Shown: positions 30,201-41,900, counted from the stretch's first letter. The stretch is DNA of 64,000 bases from a virus (IMGVR_UViG_3300009130_001695:7619-71618); one strand, 5' to 3'. Notes: generated by a model not told the origin, from the sequence alone. Made by a program: numbers and translations.

Positions 30201-32163
30201 CTATGAAAAACGAAAATCAGTCTCCACTCTATTGTTAAGTAACTTAGAAAGATTCGGCCCCGCCCGACAACCGACCCCCGAGGGTGCAAATCCTGGTAAG
30301 AGTTTTGAAAATGGAAACTTTATTAAAGAATATTATTTACGCATTGAAGAACAGGATTACCAAGGAATGCCACAAACATCCACTTCTATCCTTGCCGCAG
30401 GCAGAACTTTAGAGGGCATAGAAGAACGTCTTGCAAGACTCTATGGAGGGACAGACGACGACTATAAGATACCTATCGAGGAGGCAAAATGGGCAAATTC
30501 AAATTATGTAGATAAAGGAAGTCGCACTGAATTTATGAAAGGGGTTGTAAACTTTAAAACATTTCAGGATTATATTGATGAGAGGTTTACGAGCGATGGA
30601 ACCATTCCTCCACATATTCAACAACACCTCCCTGCTGCATGTGTACCACAACCTCTCACCAAAGCCTTGATTGGGGATGTAGACCGTTTTGCCGAGTGTG
30701 GTGAAGCGATGGCTAAAGATTTAGGGGTTAATTTAGACGCAGATAGAACAGAATTTGTATTGGGAGATTTTTTCAAAAGCCTCCACCTGGGAGTCAGAAT
30801 TTCCTATGTTTCAGCCATGGAACAGTTACCCGAAGAACCTCCCGCATCACCTTCGAGTGGGGGACCAACTCAAGCTCCCACGCCTGCACTTAGTACAGGA
30901 GGAGCCAACCAAACCAGCACCGCAACGAGTGCGACCGCCACAGATTGGGCATCACTGGTGTCAAGCTTAACTCAAACAACGCCTGAAACTTCTTGCTGGC
31001 GCGACCACACTCAAGATTCAACCCTTCAACTATATGAAACCACCGCAGCGACAGGTTTTACTAATGAAGCTCCTTTTAAAAATATTGCCCAAGGTTCATC
31101 GAATTCCGCCAAAGCTGCTTTATATCAAAAAGCCTTTTTTGTCCCCAATGGTAACAACACTTGGGCTCATGTAGTTCCGATGGTATGCTCAGAAGTAGAG
31201 ATCGACCCCCTAACTCCAATGAGTCAAATTGCACAAACGGGTGATCTGTATAAAACACCAAATAATCAAGGCATTCTTGAGCCCATTAAATATTTTGATT
31301 ATCAATTCCTTCAAAATTACCGAAGCGTCTTGATTCCTCAATTAATGAATTCACCCGAATATAAGTCGTTATTTAGATACCTCTTTCCAGTGGATCGTAT
31401 GCTATCTCTTAATCAGATTTATGGATCGGAATATTTGCGCTCTTATAAAGGTGTTAATGAAACTTTCGACCCCACCAAGATAAGATTAAAAGATCTTTTT
31501 ATCACCCTTAGCACAGCTGGCAATTACGAAGCCGCCGCCTGTGGAGCATCTAACCTTGACCTACAACTAGGGTCGTTGAATGGTATTCCATGGGAAGGTA
31601 TGGCTCAACAAATAGCTATAATGATTGTAAAAACTGTAGTTCTTATATTTAAAGGGTTCGTGGAGGCGTTTGATATAAACATCGCAGTCTCTAAAATGAT
31701 TAAAGATTCCATACATTTGGTGAATCAACTGATTGCCCAAGGGCTCACCATGGCGAATACAGCCCAATCAGTGGGTGCAGCTGTTGGCGATATAGTGGAC
31801 CAGGGCCTTTTTAATCCTGGAGCATGTAAAGATGATATAACACCCACGTCTCCTCCTGATGCGTGGTTTGATCCAGTGGATGAAAATTTTATTCCTGAAC
31901 CACAAATAATGTGGATTTCTTTGGCACTTTTGCCAATTACATTATTGCCCATGCTCTGGCCTGGTTTACCGATTACTCCATTTGGTGTGGCATATTGGGG
32001 CATGGATTGGAAACCGGAACCAAACTGGCTGAACTCATTCCCACCGTCAGATTACTTGGACAAACTATTTAACAAGGACAGCAGTGTTGCTGCAAGTATA
32101 GCGAACTCACCGGAAGCGTGTAATATCGATAACGGGCTCCCACCACCAAGTTCCGATACTTAA
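24238..32163 (+). CDS. giant (2641 aa) putative virion protein
   Basis: Long ORF between the spike-like gene and gp25; no recognisable catalytic motif. Confidence 0.6.
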   Translation: MPIDTTKDIKPLVKINWTTQKDSVCFFQSAEGILPDRYSVTITTTETSTDGSDDRLETIQNDAIPAGYEKLLSFYEKQDDPVNTRIGAAFAEDWFLSERPTIPIKVLVSIPAIIIDKELEEIPPPELLPSPSFEIYLNTFGLQKKFDGVTTLFNHYNSSIKRFIGKVQGLNMPHETTTFSTFIGTMSSLMKANGYTYSASRSDLIVFGVDSSYKLLYAQINDGTGFKTLYKGFNKFANTPVASNQRTVNFLRNLEQMYQIYFQNENIPMQQFFDTYVLNPPSYDLSETPPHSEPKSAKVAKPIKQNNLNPFKTEHEWRNFVALSNTPEQREALQKNLDSAANFVGDPVLNRLDTTSKWLETASSVLGTNPTDYISEGMFKQLLNKIPLQSLIAGAMECMGFRGFEFLDAAKSFLNQTDSFLDNVSVLLQKQLPTISIPDNFPVVDYMRDIGAKILSSVLDAVIGVLMQLLTEILRQLLDMCKECAVANADRAARNEAMNFGEFNIAGTLLSDLAVGTVDNITSTIYNSSGAAEMASEVMAETKQWAKNPFLLANHIDEDLGEALGYEKTKEATKQKIQERMEGAKDEFTGYVNAASSVLTPGEVGNLLLGCNVGQEATEALVLLLDAYPNLKQVLSAHASPADLAVKIKEVWEDMGKLIGTNKVLQGVQTVLDALPESAQCLCDEDDRAMRAKLLKNKGLSPQQIDEQITKSNDRRQTRLEEFSKLLEKGNPLQNIMPEIYCTVVYKDPSGKVVPKEKTMRNPINPDQVLSRETAEILIPEIKQGLIEKDHPSFTFLMNQVLSTIYDGLTMTFSQDIDGYLPNLTKQTYTEREIPRTIVVEDQGEPKHILNPEWIKIANDPGRPETFGALPSDAAVPGRILHTYREDGDPTEKMIIENAIGGVDNDDTEYINRDTRLAWGEPIYIRDRLIAGQKKVAGQSPPTAEQEAAWEAAQRLPGTGLSLTYHGRKKPDEYVADSEEVGLDEQGKNSRLRLAEYSRMFGYSPIPVMLREKGPSKYAPGLQEAYASICSSERLFDIAPRHDRYQVYGFQVDNNILEQSGMGNDVQKVLANIPSSPATPTPSGISGSDYAKGMELIGQAFSAMANSTYNIDYVVPYSSSLDINCGQRWPMEEYAATIQLTPPTSVGGSVLQPPFIIYQQAEFKNQKDFVCQTRQNNGWSYDNSLKHIPQEQAFVTWNQKAWQWGAPIYQNSVSANGDLSFTTAETDISVGVSGIAAANLNSLSNFLYDKRYGNPNGTLHGAYDALWRDYYCSFTRMISKSPFLELKKLATCDLIPMPKTGEDPICSNNTSLLGTEEVKQRVRDEYGVVQCIESSFPNIDGLGTNKDNPFEKANLGGAVLLTVRTYVLEVMLRSIFVYYYFRAGSSESVDSLLVSYISQMIKKDVEAKNFMSEFRTEAFGLYNRNAASLTPPRQQTNNFDEVLDYLIRQQVIAVGNRLSRVVGTIGDTSLDSYLLIDQSNDDPAWIPGWNVPATPNDPNRILKNDALNDGVIGGEAVPPEQIKELIGDGSLSSRTLELFNWDAPVSYLKNLPIGMLFRAYFGKNSTQKTNIWSREAAISSVADPERWRWITGVEPRSPNKTSMTPPSTPNREENIFEVSGITLNNQFTPAGRNTLLGLDAPPEAPTLYSYGVSDPEKKIMSILLKMLAAGTSIQNHNTLTSPYSVGANTWAGSLLKSETEGLSGWKTWRFHYNDVWDSDAWNRTGREPAPWVVGGHSHPQLYQGIKAPTDSMELADGGSSKNRTYWSTSWYPEYLEWGLSTRSFRESVRGYSQLGWDFHHNLDFQRKFLRWIDIGGKSVGPWKGFEFSNGLVGWKLIDPTYLWYDNGQPILSARSWSDTVNRPIPGAGPGFQRNPFENHAALSSPNGLVVGAGSRDAAYFGLPGTAFDSNGQPVNPAPDVNPYSYRLFQRASNLLATGMEYISLLDLDVLTIVQMLKWEQSQSPAATQSTYQQWIDELEEAIQDLQTVYEKRKSVSTLLLSNLERFGPARQPTPEGANPGKSFENGNFIKEYYLRIEEQDYQGMPQTSTSILAAGRTLEGIEERLARLYGGTDDDYKIPIEEAKWANSNYVDKGSRTEFMKGVVNFKTFQDYIDERFTSDGTIPPHIQQHLPAACVPQPLTKALIGDVDRFAECGEAMAKDLGVNLDADRTEFVLGDFFKSLHLGVRISYVSAMEQLPEEPPASPSSGGPTQAPTPALSTGGANQTSTATSATATDWASLVSSLTQTTPETSCWRDHTQDSTLQLYETTAATGFTNEAPFKNIAQGSSNSAKAALYQKAFFVPNGNNTWAHVVPMVCSEVEIDPLTPMSQIAQTGDLYKTPNNQGILEPIKYFDYQFLQNYRSVLIPQLMNSPEYKSLFRYLFPVDRMLSLNQIYGSEYLRSYKGVNETFDPTKIRLKDLFITLSTAGNYEAAACGASNLDLQLGSLNGIPWEGMAQQIAIMIVKTVVLIFKGFVEAFDINIAVSKMIKDSIHLVNQLIAQGLTMANTAQSVGAAVGDIVDQGLFNPGACKDDITPTSPPDAWFDPVDENFIPEPQIMWISLALLPITLLPMLWPGLPITPFGVAYWGMDWKPEPNWLNSFPPSDYLDKLFNKDSSVAASIANSPEACNIDNGLPPPSSDT

Positions 32164-32179
32164 AAGAGGAGGAATTATA

Positions 32180-32569
32180 ATGTCAGGACTCACACCAAAA
32201 CTTCCCCTAATTAAAGGAAATATAAATAATTATTTAATGATAACAGAGTATAAAGAACTTGTTAAACAAAATTTTAAAAACTTAATGTATACAATTCCCG
32301 GAGAACGCATAATGGATTCCGAGTTTGGCATTGGTTTAAAAAGATTTTTGTTTGAGATGGACAACCCTGGTTTGTATGGGAGAATTACGGGTAGAATAAA
32401 ACAGCAAGTTAATAAATATCTTTCTTATATTACAATAGACGATGTAATTTTTAATAGTGCAGCAACTACCGAAGGTATACATTCCAACTTTTTAAGTATC
32501 AGAGTGGAATATACAATTATACCTTTGTCTGAGATAGACAATTTAGAACTAACTTTACCCATAGACTAA
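32180..32569 (+). CDS. baseplate wedge protein, gp25/GPW family
   Basis: KQNFKNLMYTIPGERIMDSEFGIGLKRFLFE; GAGGAGG Shine-Dalgarno. Confidence 0.9.
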   Translation: MSGLTPKLPLIKGNINNYLMITEYKELVKQNFKNLMYTIPGERIMDSEFGIGLKRFLFEMDNPGLYGRITGRIKQQVNKYLSYITIDDVIFNSAATTEGIHSNFLSIRVEYTIIPLSEIDNLELTLPID

Positions 32570-32572
32570 TTA
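32565..32572 (+). promoter_or_regulatory. putative late promoter ACTAATTA
   Basis: At the gp25/gp6 junction; same 8-mer as 56455. Confidence 0.45.
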
Positions 32573-32595
32573 TTTGTTAGAGAGAGGAACTTTGA

Positions 32596-34398
32596 TTGGG
32601 CTCAAAAAAACAATATCCACTTATTGACTATACATCAAGAGATTTTAACAGCATTAAAGAGGATCTGGTAGATTACGCAAAACGTTATTACCCTAATTCT
32701 TTTAAAGATTTCAGTGAAGCCGGTTTCGGCTCCTTAATGCTTGATACTACAGCCTATATTGGAGATATCCTTTCCTTTTATTTAGATTATAGTGTAAATG
32801 AATCGTTCCTAGACACAGCTATTGAATATGATAATGTATTAAAACTTGGCCGTCAAATGGGTTATCGTTTTAACCCTGCTGTGGCTTCCGTTGGTGAAGC
32901 AGTTTTTTATATTATTGTTCCTGCTGCGTCTGTAGGATCGGGACCGGACACAAACTATATGCCCATTTTAAAAAGGGGAACTTCACTTTCGTCTATTGAT
33001 AATATAGCTTTTGTTCTCAATGAAGACGTAAATTTTGCTAATCCAAATAACGAGCTAGTCATCGCAGAAGTCAACTCTGACACAGGCGCGATTATTAGCT
33101 ATGCAGTGAAAGCATCTGGCCAAGTTGTGTCGGGTCGTACCAAACAAGAATCACTCGTAGTTGGAAAATTTCAAAAATTCTTAAAATTGAGCCTTAGTGG
33201 GGATAATATTACAGAAATTGTTTCAGTTACCGATAGTGAAGGTAACGAATATTATGAGGTAGATTACTTGTCTCAAGACACCATCTATAAACCTACGTTA
33301 AATCGTGGAGATAATAATACCATAACTCAAAATCTCCTGCGACCTTTTGTAGTTCCGCGCCGATTTACAATCGAGAGAACTCAACGAGACACGTTTTTGC
33401 AATTTGGCTTCGGAACAGAGAACACAACTCTTGCAACCGACTCTGTGGTGGATCCAAGTAAGGTAGTTTTAAAGGTCCATGGCAAGGATTACGTTTCAGA
33501 TGCATCTATTGATCCTGGAAACTTTTTAAAAACTGACAAGTTCGGAGTAGCACCATCTAACACAACGTTAACCGTCTTATACCGCGTTAACGATTCAGAT
33601 GATGTAAATGTTTCAGCCAATGCTTTAACAAATGTGGACACACCGATTTGGGATTTTGAAAAGTTAAGCACCCTCAACTCTAACACACTTAGTGGTGTAA
33701 CTAATTCGTTAGAAGTTAATAATGGCGAACCTATTACTGGGGATGTCACATTACCCACTACTGAAGAATTAAAACAGAGAATTTATAATGTTTTCTCATC
33801 TCAAAACCGCGCAGTAACTTCAGAAGATTATCGGAGTCTATGTTATGCCATGCCAGCACAATATGGGGGAATCAAACGTATAAATATTGTAAGAGACTCA
33901 TCTTCTTTGCGACGAAATCTTAACTTGTATGTTTTATCTGAAGCCGCAGATGGTTCCCTTATAGTTACCAATTCTACAATCAAACAAAACTTAAAACAGT
34001 GGCTAAGTCAGGGAAAGATGATTAGTGACACGATTGATATTTTGGATGCAAAAATTATAAATATTGGTATTGAGTTCACAGCAATAGCTGCTTTGGATTC
34101 AAACAAATTTGATGTTCTCAATGATGCTATCAACAAACTTGCAGGATATTATGCTAGCAAATTTCAAATTGGACAACCCTTCTATGTTGCGGATATTTAT
34201 ACCCAACTGAACAAGATGGATGGTATTATTGATGTTACTAGGGTAAATATCGTGCAAAAGTCAGGGTTGAACTATGCAGACACTCCTGTTGATATCAACA
34301 GCCTCTATTCAGCTGATGGAAGTTATATTGATTGCCCCAAGAACGTTGTTTTTGAAATAAAATACACGGGCGCAGATATTAAAGGAACTATCAAATAA
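32596..34398 (+). CDS. baseplate wedge protein, gp6/baseplate J-like
   Basis: DYTSRDFNSIKEDL, DFSEAGFG, LSFYLDY..NESFL, QNRAVTSEDY; TTG start. Confidence 0.88.
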   Translation: MGSKKQYPLIDYTSRDFNSIKEDLVDYAKRYYPNSFKDFSEAGFGSLMLDTTAYIGDILSFYLDYSVNESFLDTAIEYDNVLKLGRQMGYRFNPAVASVGEAVFYIIVPAASVGSGPDTNYMPILKRGTSLSSIDNIAFVLNEDVNFANPNNELVIAEVNSDTGAIISYAVKASGQVVSGRTKQESLVVGKFQKFLKLSLSGDNITEIVSVTDSEGNEYYEVDYLSQDTIYKPTLNRGDNNTITQNLLRPFVVPRRFTIERTQRDTFLQFGFGTENTTLATDSVVDPSKVVLKVHGKDYVSDASIDPGNFLKTDKFGVAPSNTTLTVLYRVNDSDDVNVSANALTNVDTPIWDFEKLSTLNSNTLSGVTNSLEVNNGEPITGDVTLPTTEELKQRIYNVFSSQNRAVTSEDYRSLCYAMPAQYGGIKRINIVRDSSSLRRNLNLYVLSEAADGSLIVTNSTIKQNLKQWLSQGKMISDTIDILDAKIINIGIEFTAIAALDSNKFDVLNDAINKLAGYYASKFQIGQPFYVADIYTQLNKMDGIIDVTRVNIVQKSGLNYADTPVDINSLYSADGSYIDCPKNVVFEIKYTGADIKGTIK

Positions 34399-35918
34399 TG
34401 GGAATCAAAAGATACACCGCTATTCATGATAATACTTTAACCAATGCTTTCCAGTCGGATTTGGAAATTCGTGGTACTGGCAGTAATATGGGCCTCGCCG
34501 ATTCATTAGAAGTATTTTCAGTTTATGGCCAAGCATTTAGTTCTTCTTCTGAAATAAGTCGGGTCATTACTAAATTTCCTGTTCTTACGGCAGATGCTAC
34601 CACTACAATACAAGCAGATAGATCTTCAGGAGTTCTCCCTGCTAGTGGGAGTGTAGACTTTTATTTACGATGCTTTAACGTTAAACATACGGCTACTTTA
34701 CCACGTAATTTTACTTTGGTTATTTCCCCTGTCTCTCAATCGTGGCAAGAGGGTCAAGGGGTGGATATGGAAGAATATTCTGACCTGACTTATGACGGCA
34801 CAGGATCAAACTGGATAAATGCTTCTGCACACACTACATGGAAAAATAATTATGACACAGTATTAGAAGGTGGGAGTTATCTTAGTGCGTCTTGGAATGG
34901 ATCCCCCGCCACTACTTATGATGAATTTAATTATAAACAAACCTTTGGAGAAACAGGAACAGGCAACGTCGATGTTAAAATAACAGGTCTGGTTGAGAAA
35001 TGGCTTGCGGGAGATTATTCCAACTATGGAGTGGGAATCATGCTTACTCAAAGCCAAGAAACTGGCTCTCAATCTTATTATACTAAAAAGTTTTCTGCTC
35101 GCAGTAGTGAATATTTTTTCTCACGGCCACTAATCGAGGCCCGATGGAACTCCACCCGTAAAGACCAAAGGGGAAGTTTCTATGTCTCTAGTTCGAATTT
35201 GAGCGCAGACGATAATAAGAACACTCTTTTTCTTTACAATTATGTACGAGGGCAGGCTAAAAACTTGGCCAATGTAGAGACTGGTCCCATTTATGTTAAT
35301 GTCTATACATCTTCCAGCCAGGGAGAGTTAATATCTGCTGCTCCTAATAATCCTGTAACTGGGGGCTATGTTGATGTTGGTATCTATAGTGCATCTTTTG
35401 CATTAGATACTAGTGCAAGTTTGGTTTTTGATCGCTGGTTCTCCGGGTCTTCAGGTTCTGCAATAACAACTGCTGGTGCGAAGATATATCACACTGGTTC
35501 CTTTAGGCCCAAGAATTTTAATTCTTCTAATATATACTCAACTCCGCGCTATGTTACAACAATTACAAATCTTCAGTCCGAATATTATAACCAGGACAGC
35601 GTTCGGTTTAGACTCTTTACTCGATTAAAAGATTGGAGCCCAACTATTTACACAGTAGCATCTAAGCAAATTGAAAATGATATTGTAGATGATGCTTATT
35701 TTAAAATTTCTAGGATGATTGATAAAAAGGATGTTATCACATATGGAACAGGTAGTTTAAATCATACACGTCTTTCATACGATGTTACCGGAAGTTATTT
35801 TGACTTGAACATGGAAATGCTTGAGATTGGCTATGCTTATGAGATAAAATTTGTTTATTATATAAATGGTGCTTACCAAGAACAACCAGAAGTTTTTAAA
35901 TTTCGTGTAATAGAGTAA
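34398..35918 (+). CDS. baseplate/tail structural protein
   Basis: Follows gp6; beta-rich and TGS/SAS-rich. Confidence 0.6.
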   Translation: MGIKRYTAIHDNTLTNAFQSDLEIRGTGSNMGLADSLEVFSVYGQAFSSSSEISRVITKFPVLTADATTTIQADRSSGVLPASGSVDFYLRCFNVKHTATLPRNFTLVISPVSQSWQEGQGVDMEEYSDLTYDGTGSNWINASAHTTWKNNYDTVLEGGSYLSASWNGSPATTYDEFNYKQTFGETGTGNVDVKITGLVEKWLAGDYSNYGVGIMLTQSQETGSQSYYTKKFSARSSEYFFSRPLIEARWNSTRKDQRGSFYVSSSNLSADDNKNTLFLYNYVRGQAKNLANVETGPIYVNVYTSSSQGELISAAPNNPVTGGYVDVGIYSASFALDTSASLVFDRWFSGSSGSAITTAGAKIYHTGSFRPKNFNSSNIYSTPRYVTTITNLQSEYYNQDSVRFRLFTRLKDWSPTIYTVASKQIENDIVDDAYFKISRMIDKKDVITYGTGSLNHTRLSYDVTGSYFDLNMEMLEIGYAYEIKFVYYINGAYQEQPEVFKFRVIE

Positions 35919-35922
35919 AACG

Positions 35923-38900
35923 ATGTCTAATATTAAAGACCTTTTTAATGGGAAAAAATCTGAAAGAGTTCTAGAAAATGCGACCCAACGTTCCGTGGGC
36001 ACCTCAGTAGAATCCGCCGATTATTTAAAAGAAAACGTTAAACAGAAACAACGGTTTATTCCTCATGTAGATTTTTCTTCGGCATCAAATTTTGCTATTT
36101 ATGGGTCTGCCGAAAAATATTATGAAGATTCATACAATTATATCTTAAATGAATACCCTTATGACGGTTCATTCAAAGAAAAGGTAAACTGGAGTCTTTC
36201 CGGAACGTACCTAGATCGTTATATTTTTGAATCGGAATATCCCCGAACAACGGGTTATGTTAATATGGGTCAGTCCTACGGGTTTGATTCGCAAAAAACA
36301 CTTGGATATGATGCATCTACTAAAGATGAATGGATCTATTTCAAGGGCAATAATACTAATTCTGCTCAAAATACTAATATCAACCCCAATCTTTCGGTCC
36401 AGTTCGACAACTTAAACGTTTATAATACTGCAAGTTCTGGGCTTTATAACGTTGAACTAGAGGGATCTGGTGGCACTTCTGTAGAATTTTGGTTAAGAAA
36501 ACCATCGTTCAATTCCTCAAACGAGTCCCGCCGACAAGTTGTTGTAGATATCTGGAATAGTGGAACATTCGGCACGGCAGGCTATGGACGATTTCGAGTG
36601 GAAATCTCGGGAACAGATAGTAACGTAGTTAATCCTAATTTCCATATAGAACTCTTATCTGGTTCTGCTGGTTTCTCGTCGGGAGTTGCCTCTGGCCTTT
36701 CCCCTACAATAGTTCTAAGTGGCTCTACATTAACTGGCTCCTGGAATCACTTTGCCCTTACTTTCGCAAACACCGGCAGCCAAATGGTTGGCCGCCTCTA
36801 TACCAATGGACTTTTGTCTTATACGCATGTGGCTGGCACAAGTATGGGAACTGTCACTGGTTCAATGTTGGGCCAGATTGGTTCTCTTGTTTCTACAGTC
36901 TCGGGATCCGGCGCTTTAAAACGAGGCTATGCCAAATTATCTGCATCGTTAGACGAATTTAGGTTTTGGAAAAGTCGTAAAACCGATAAAGAAATTAGTC
37001 AATACTGGTTTTCACAAGTCGGTGGTGGCACAAATACGGATATCACCCTAGCCACATCTGCTTCCACGAAATATTCTTATGAAAACCCAGTAGATTTAGG
37101 CGTTTATTATAAGTTTAACGAAGGGATTATTAATACTTCTAGTATCAATAGTCAAGACGCTCTAGTTCTTGATTATGCAGGCAGAGTAACAAATGGACGG
37201 TGGGAAGGATATTCATTAACTTCCAGAAACACCGGCTCCGCAATTATGTCTGCTTCTGCCGCTAGTTACGAATTTGAAGATCCCATCCTTTATTCTTCAC
37301 ACCCATTAGTATCAGCTTCTCTTGACGACAAGCGGAATCTTGGAAAGTTGTATGATGTAGAGAATAATTCGTCTATGTTTGGCAGTCTGCCTAGGTGGAT
37401 TACCGATGATGACGAAAATAATTCAAACAGCGCATTAAAGAATTTGACACAAATTATGTCAAGTTATTTTGATACCTTATATCTGCAAACACAAGCTGTT
37501 TCTTCACTGAAAGATAAAACTTATATTAGCGGAACCAACAAGCCTTTCCCATTCTCCAACCGATTTATTGATAGTTCTGGTTTTCTGACTACTGAAATCT
37601 TTACCAAGGCGAGCGATTTAGAATATTTAGATGCTCGTAATGACAAGAAACTTTTTACAGAAAAAGTAGATGAATTAAAAAATCTTATTTATCAAAATGT
37701 TTATAATAACTTAATTCACGTTTACAAAACTAAAGGGACTATGAAGTCTTTCCGTAATTTGATTAGGTGTTTTGGGGTAGATAGCGAGTTAATCAATGTT
37801 CGTCTCTATGGAGATCAGGTCACTCACAAGCTTTTAGATAATTATGATAATGCAGTAGTAAGAAAGAAATATGCGAATTTCCATACGGAATACAATATGG
37901 ATGCTGTGGTATATCAACAGACTGCAAGCTCAAATTCATATAGTCGCGGATACATCAGTTCGAGCGCCGAAGTTCAACATCGCGGTAACACTTACGAACT
38001 AGAAACCTTTTTCCCTCCGGACTACAAACAAGGAACTGGATATTATTTTAATTCGCAGTTTACCACTGCATCTCTTTTTGGTTGCCATACTTCTGGTGCC
38101 GCAGGCTCGACTGCATGGGGAGCCCCAGATTATGGCCAATTTCAGGTTCAGACAGTCCGTCCTGATATACGTCGATCAGCGGCATACTTTCAACTAACTT
38201 GCAGTAATGACGGTCTTGGACCATTCCCACAATTAACCAGCTCAGTTTTTCAGGATGTTTATGAGGGCAGTCGATGGAATCTAGCAGTCCGAGTTAAACC
38301 CAAGAAGTATCCATTTGCAGCTGGAGTTACTGGTAGTTCAGTCGGCCAATATGATTTAGAATTTTCAGGGTACAATTATATATTAGATATTTTAAACAAC
38401 AGCTTTTTGGTCACAGCTTCCGTTAGTGCTACCAACGCTCAAAGATTTCTTAAGTCAAATAAAAGGTTTTTTGTCGGTGCCCACCGCACCAATACAACAG
38501 GGACTATACTACAGAAAAGCAATGTAAAGTCCACATCGCTCAGAGTTTGGATGGATTATTTGCCAAGCGGCACTCTTGTTGCTCATGCAAAGGATACCAC
38601 TAACTTTGGTACTCAAAACCCCTATCGTGATGCTTACTTGAACGAAGAAAGCGCAGTATTAGGAAGTAAAAATGTCAAAGCAATTCCCCAATTAGAAACA
38701 CTCGTCATGAATTGGGACTTCGCCACAGTTACAGGTTCCGATGCGGCAGGCAATTTCACAGTTCAAGATGTCTCAATTGCGTCATCAGGCTCTAATGACT
38801 ATTCCTCACGTTGGGGTTGGTTAGGTCCAATTGGTCAATACCAGCACACAGGTAAGGGCTATGGGTTTTTAACTAACTCTACTTCATCCATTGATCGGAG

Positions 38901-41900
38901 GTATGTAAATACTCTAATACAACAACCACCAGAAGTCGTTAATAGTTCAGATATGATTTCTCTCATTGATGCTGACAGAAACAGGGTGTTTAGTAAAGAT
39001 TCACGTCCCGAACAATACTTTTTTGCTTTTGAGAAAAGCATGTATAACATTATCTCAAAAGAAATAATAGATATATTTGGAACTATTGTAGATTTTAATA
39101 ACTTAATTGGACAACCAGTCAATCGTTATCGTGCAGAATACAAAGACATGCAGAAATTGCGTCAACTTTATTTTGAGAGAGTCCAAAATAATGTAGATTT
39201 AGATAAATTTGTTGAGTATTTTAAATGGCTTGATTCTTCCTTGTCAGTAATGCTGCAACAATTAGTTCCTGGTTCAGCCCGATTCTCCGAAAACCTCCGC
39301 ACAATGGTTGAAAGTCATGTGCTTGAGCGAAATAAATATCAATCTAAATTTCCAACTTTGGAAATGAAACAAAGCGATCCTGAAGCTGGAGTATTCGGGA
39401 TTAATGAAATGCTTTATTCCGGCAAATATGGAACGGCACCAATCCCAACTACGGCTACAGGCTCCAACTGTGAGTGGTGGCTGGAACGCGCAAATCGAAA
39501 TAATACCAATATTACTTCGGGTGACGCATCAGTTAATGCCCAAAGAAACATAGTTCGCCTAGCCAATGATTTTCGAAGCGGCTCGGGACCAACTTTAGCA
39601 GTTTCACGTAATTCAACTGCTACTACTACCACCTATGAAGGTCAAGCATATGCGATTCGAAATTTTACAAAAATTTATCGACTAGACGTTGATGAACAGC
39701 CTGTAATCCATGGAGGCTCTAATTTTGCTAAAAATAAAACGGTAGAATATACTCATGAAGCTCTTAAATTTGGCTCATCGGAATATTTGGTAATTAGTGC
39801 GTCTAGTATTCCTTCTGATAAAGGGTGTGATGATGTTATTATTCCTAATTCTAAGCTTAAATTAGAGGCTAAAGTTATTAACACTGGAGATCCTTTTGGC
39901 TATACAAGCGGCAAGAGCGATATATTTGCTCCCTTTAGTTTGTATAGTTCCTCAGTTACAACTGGCTATGTTGCTGATGTTGCAACAAATTTTAGATCTA
40001 AAACAGAAATTAACAACTATCACGATGACATTTATGGAGATGATAAAGGAATCCCGGCACAGGGTCCATTTACCGAAAGGCATGTTGGTGGTCGTCAACA
40101 TCGTCATTTAAATATTAATACTTCATCTGCAACCACAACCCTTACTAGACCAGAAGCTTGGAATTTAGAATTTAATTCATTTATAGATGCCAAGAGTATT
40201 GTTTTTGAAACTGGCTCATCACCCAATACGGCTGATAGATTAAGAATAACCTCGGATGATGGATTAAATAGTTTACCATTTGGGTCAGGTTCATTTAGTA
40301 TGGGGGTTTGGTTTAAAAGTCCTTCTTTAGATCCTGTGGGGTATCAAAAAGTATTACTTGCACGGCGTTCAAATTTTGTGGCAGGTTATGATTTTGGGCT
40401 TGAGATGACCAACCCAGGCGGAACACTACAATTTGTTATGCGGCAAAATAGTGGAGTGTATGCGTATGCAACTTCGCTTGTTGATTATAATGATGATGCA
40501 TGGCATTTTGCTGTGATAGGTTGGAATGGTACTGATGAAATATTTTTGGACATGGATGGTGGAGATGAACGCCGAACGACTACAGCAACTACTCGGTCGG
40601 GCTCGGCATATGGCGAAGTATTAACTATCGGCGCATACTCAAGCACAACGGCCAACCGAGGATGGAGTGGGAATCTTGACGAAGTTTCTTTTTGGGATAA
40701 AGGTTTAAGTGCAGCAGAATGTGTTGCACTATATAATAGCGGGTGCCCTACTGATTTACAGTGCTCTACGACTTCCACGCCTGGTCTAGTGTCTTGGTGG
40801 AGAATGGGGGATGATCCAAATGATAGTACAGATAGTTCTGATGCGGCGGCCAGAGTTTATGATGTAGTCGGAGGATATAATGCCACCCCAGTTGAATGTG
40901 AAGCTTCTGATATTGTAGAAAGTACACCAGTCGGATGCACAAGATCGATTTCGTGTTCAAATTTAGTTCTCTCGCCTCGTACTGCCCACCAACCACGAGC
41001 AACAATGATTCGTGACGCTTACGCAAAACGTCCATTAAACATCGCTAATCTCAAATGGGGAACATCATCAGCAGTTGCGGGCAATTATCGTTTTGGTTAT
41101 CAAATTCTGCAAACTTCTGGACGTAGTTTAAACAATCGTTTCTTTATTGCGAATGGAGGATTCTCACCAACGTCTTCGGATACAGGAATCTTTAGTGGTG
41201 CAATTGATTATGCACTTCCCCGTTTTGACTTGACAGGCACCAATAAATCGATTTTTGTTGAAAGATTTAATGCTCCTGGTGGCCCTGAAGTTAGTTCACG
41301 CGGTTGTTTGGATGTTAATGCTGAAGAATTTTCAGTTTACAATGAATTAAATTATCGCAACTTAATGGTAAGAGAAGCCCTGGACAGTTGGTTGACAGAA
41401 CATTGTGGCCAGTTTGGAATTAGCCCAACAGGTTCAGTCGGCGATGGAACAAACCCAAGCCAACATATGACCAATCCTATGTCGTATGAGGGTGTGGTGG
41501 CTGCATATCATAAGGTCAATCGAAATCCTCGCGAGACTTGTCTGGTTAAATCTGGATATGATCGGCAGGTTAACTGGTTAAAATTAAATGGCGAAATAAC
41601 GTTTGATCGAACTACCGCTATCATTTCAAAGCCCGGTGGTGCTTCTACTGGCTGGAATGCGGGAGCTGTCGGCGGTGAAAAGATTCCAAGAAATGGTTAT
41701 TTATCGTTTCAGGTAACTACAATTTCTGATGATCAGCTGATTGGTTTAAATTCTAACCCACCAGCCGGGGCATCATATGGTGATATGGATTATGCTCTTC
41801 ACATTTCAGCTACTGGTCCGGGTAACGTATATGTTTACCAAAATGGCAATAATCCACACATTTCTGCCGGTTTCGCCGCAGTCGGAAATGTCTTTAGAAT

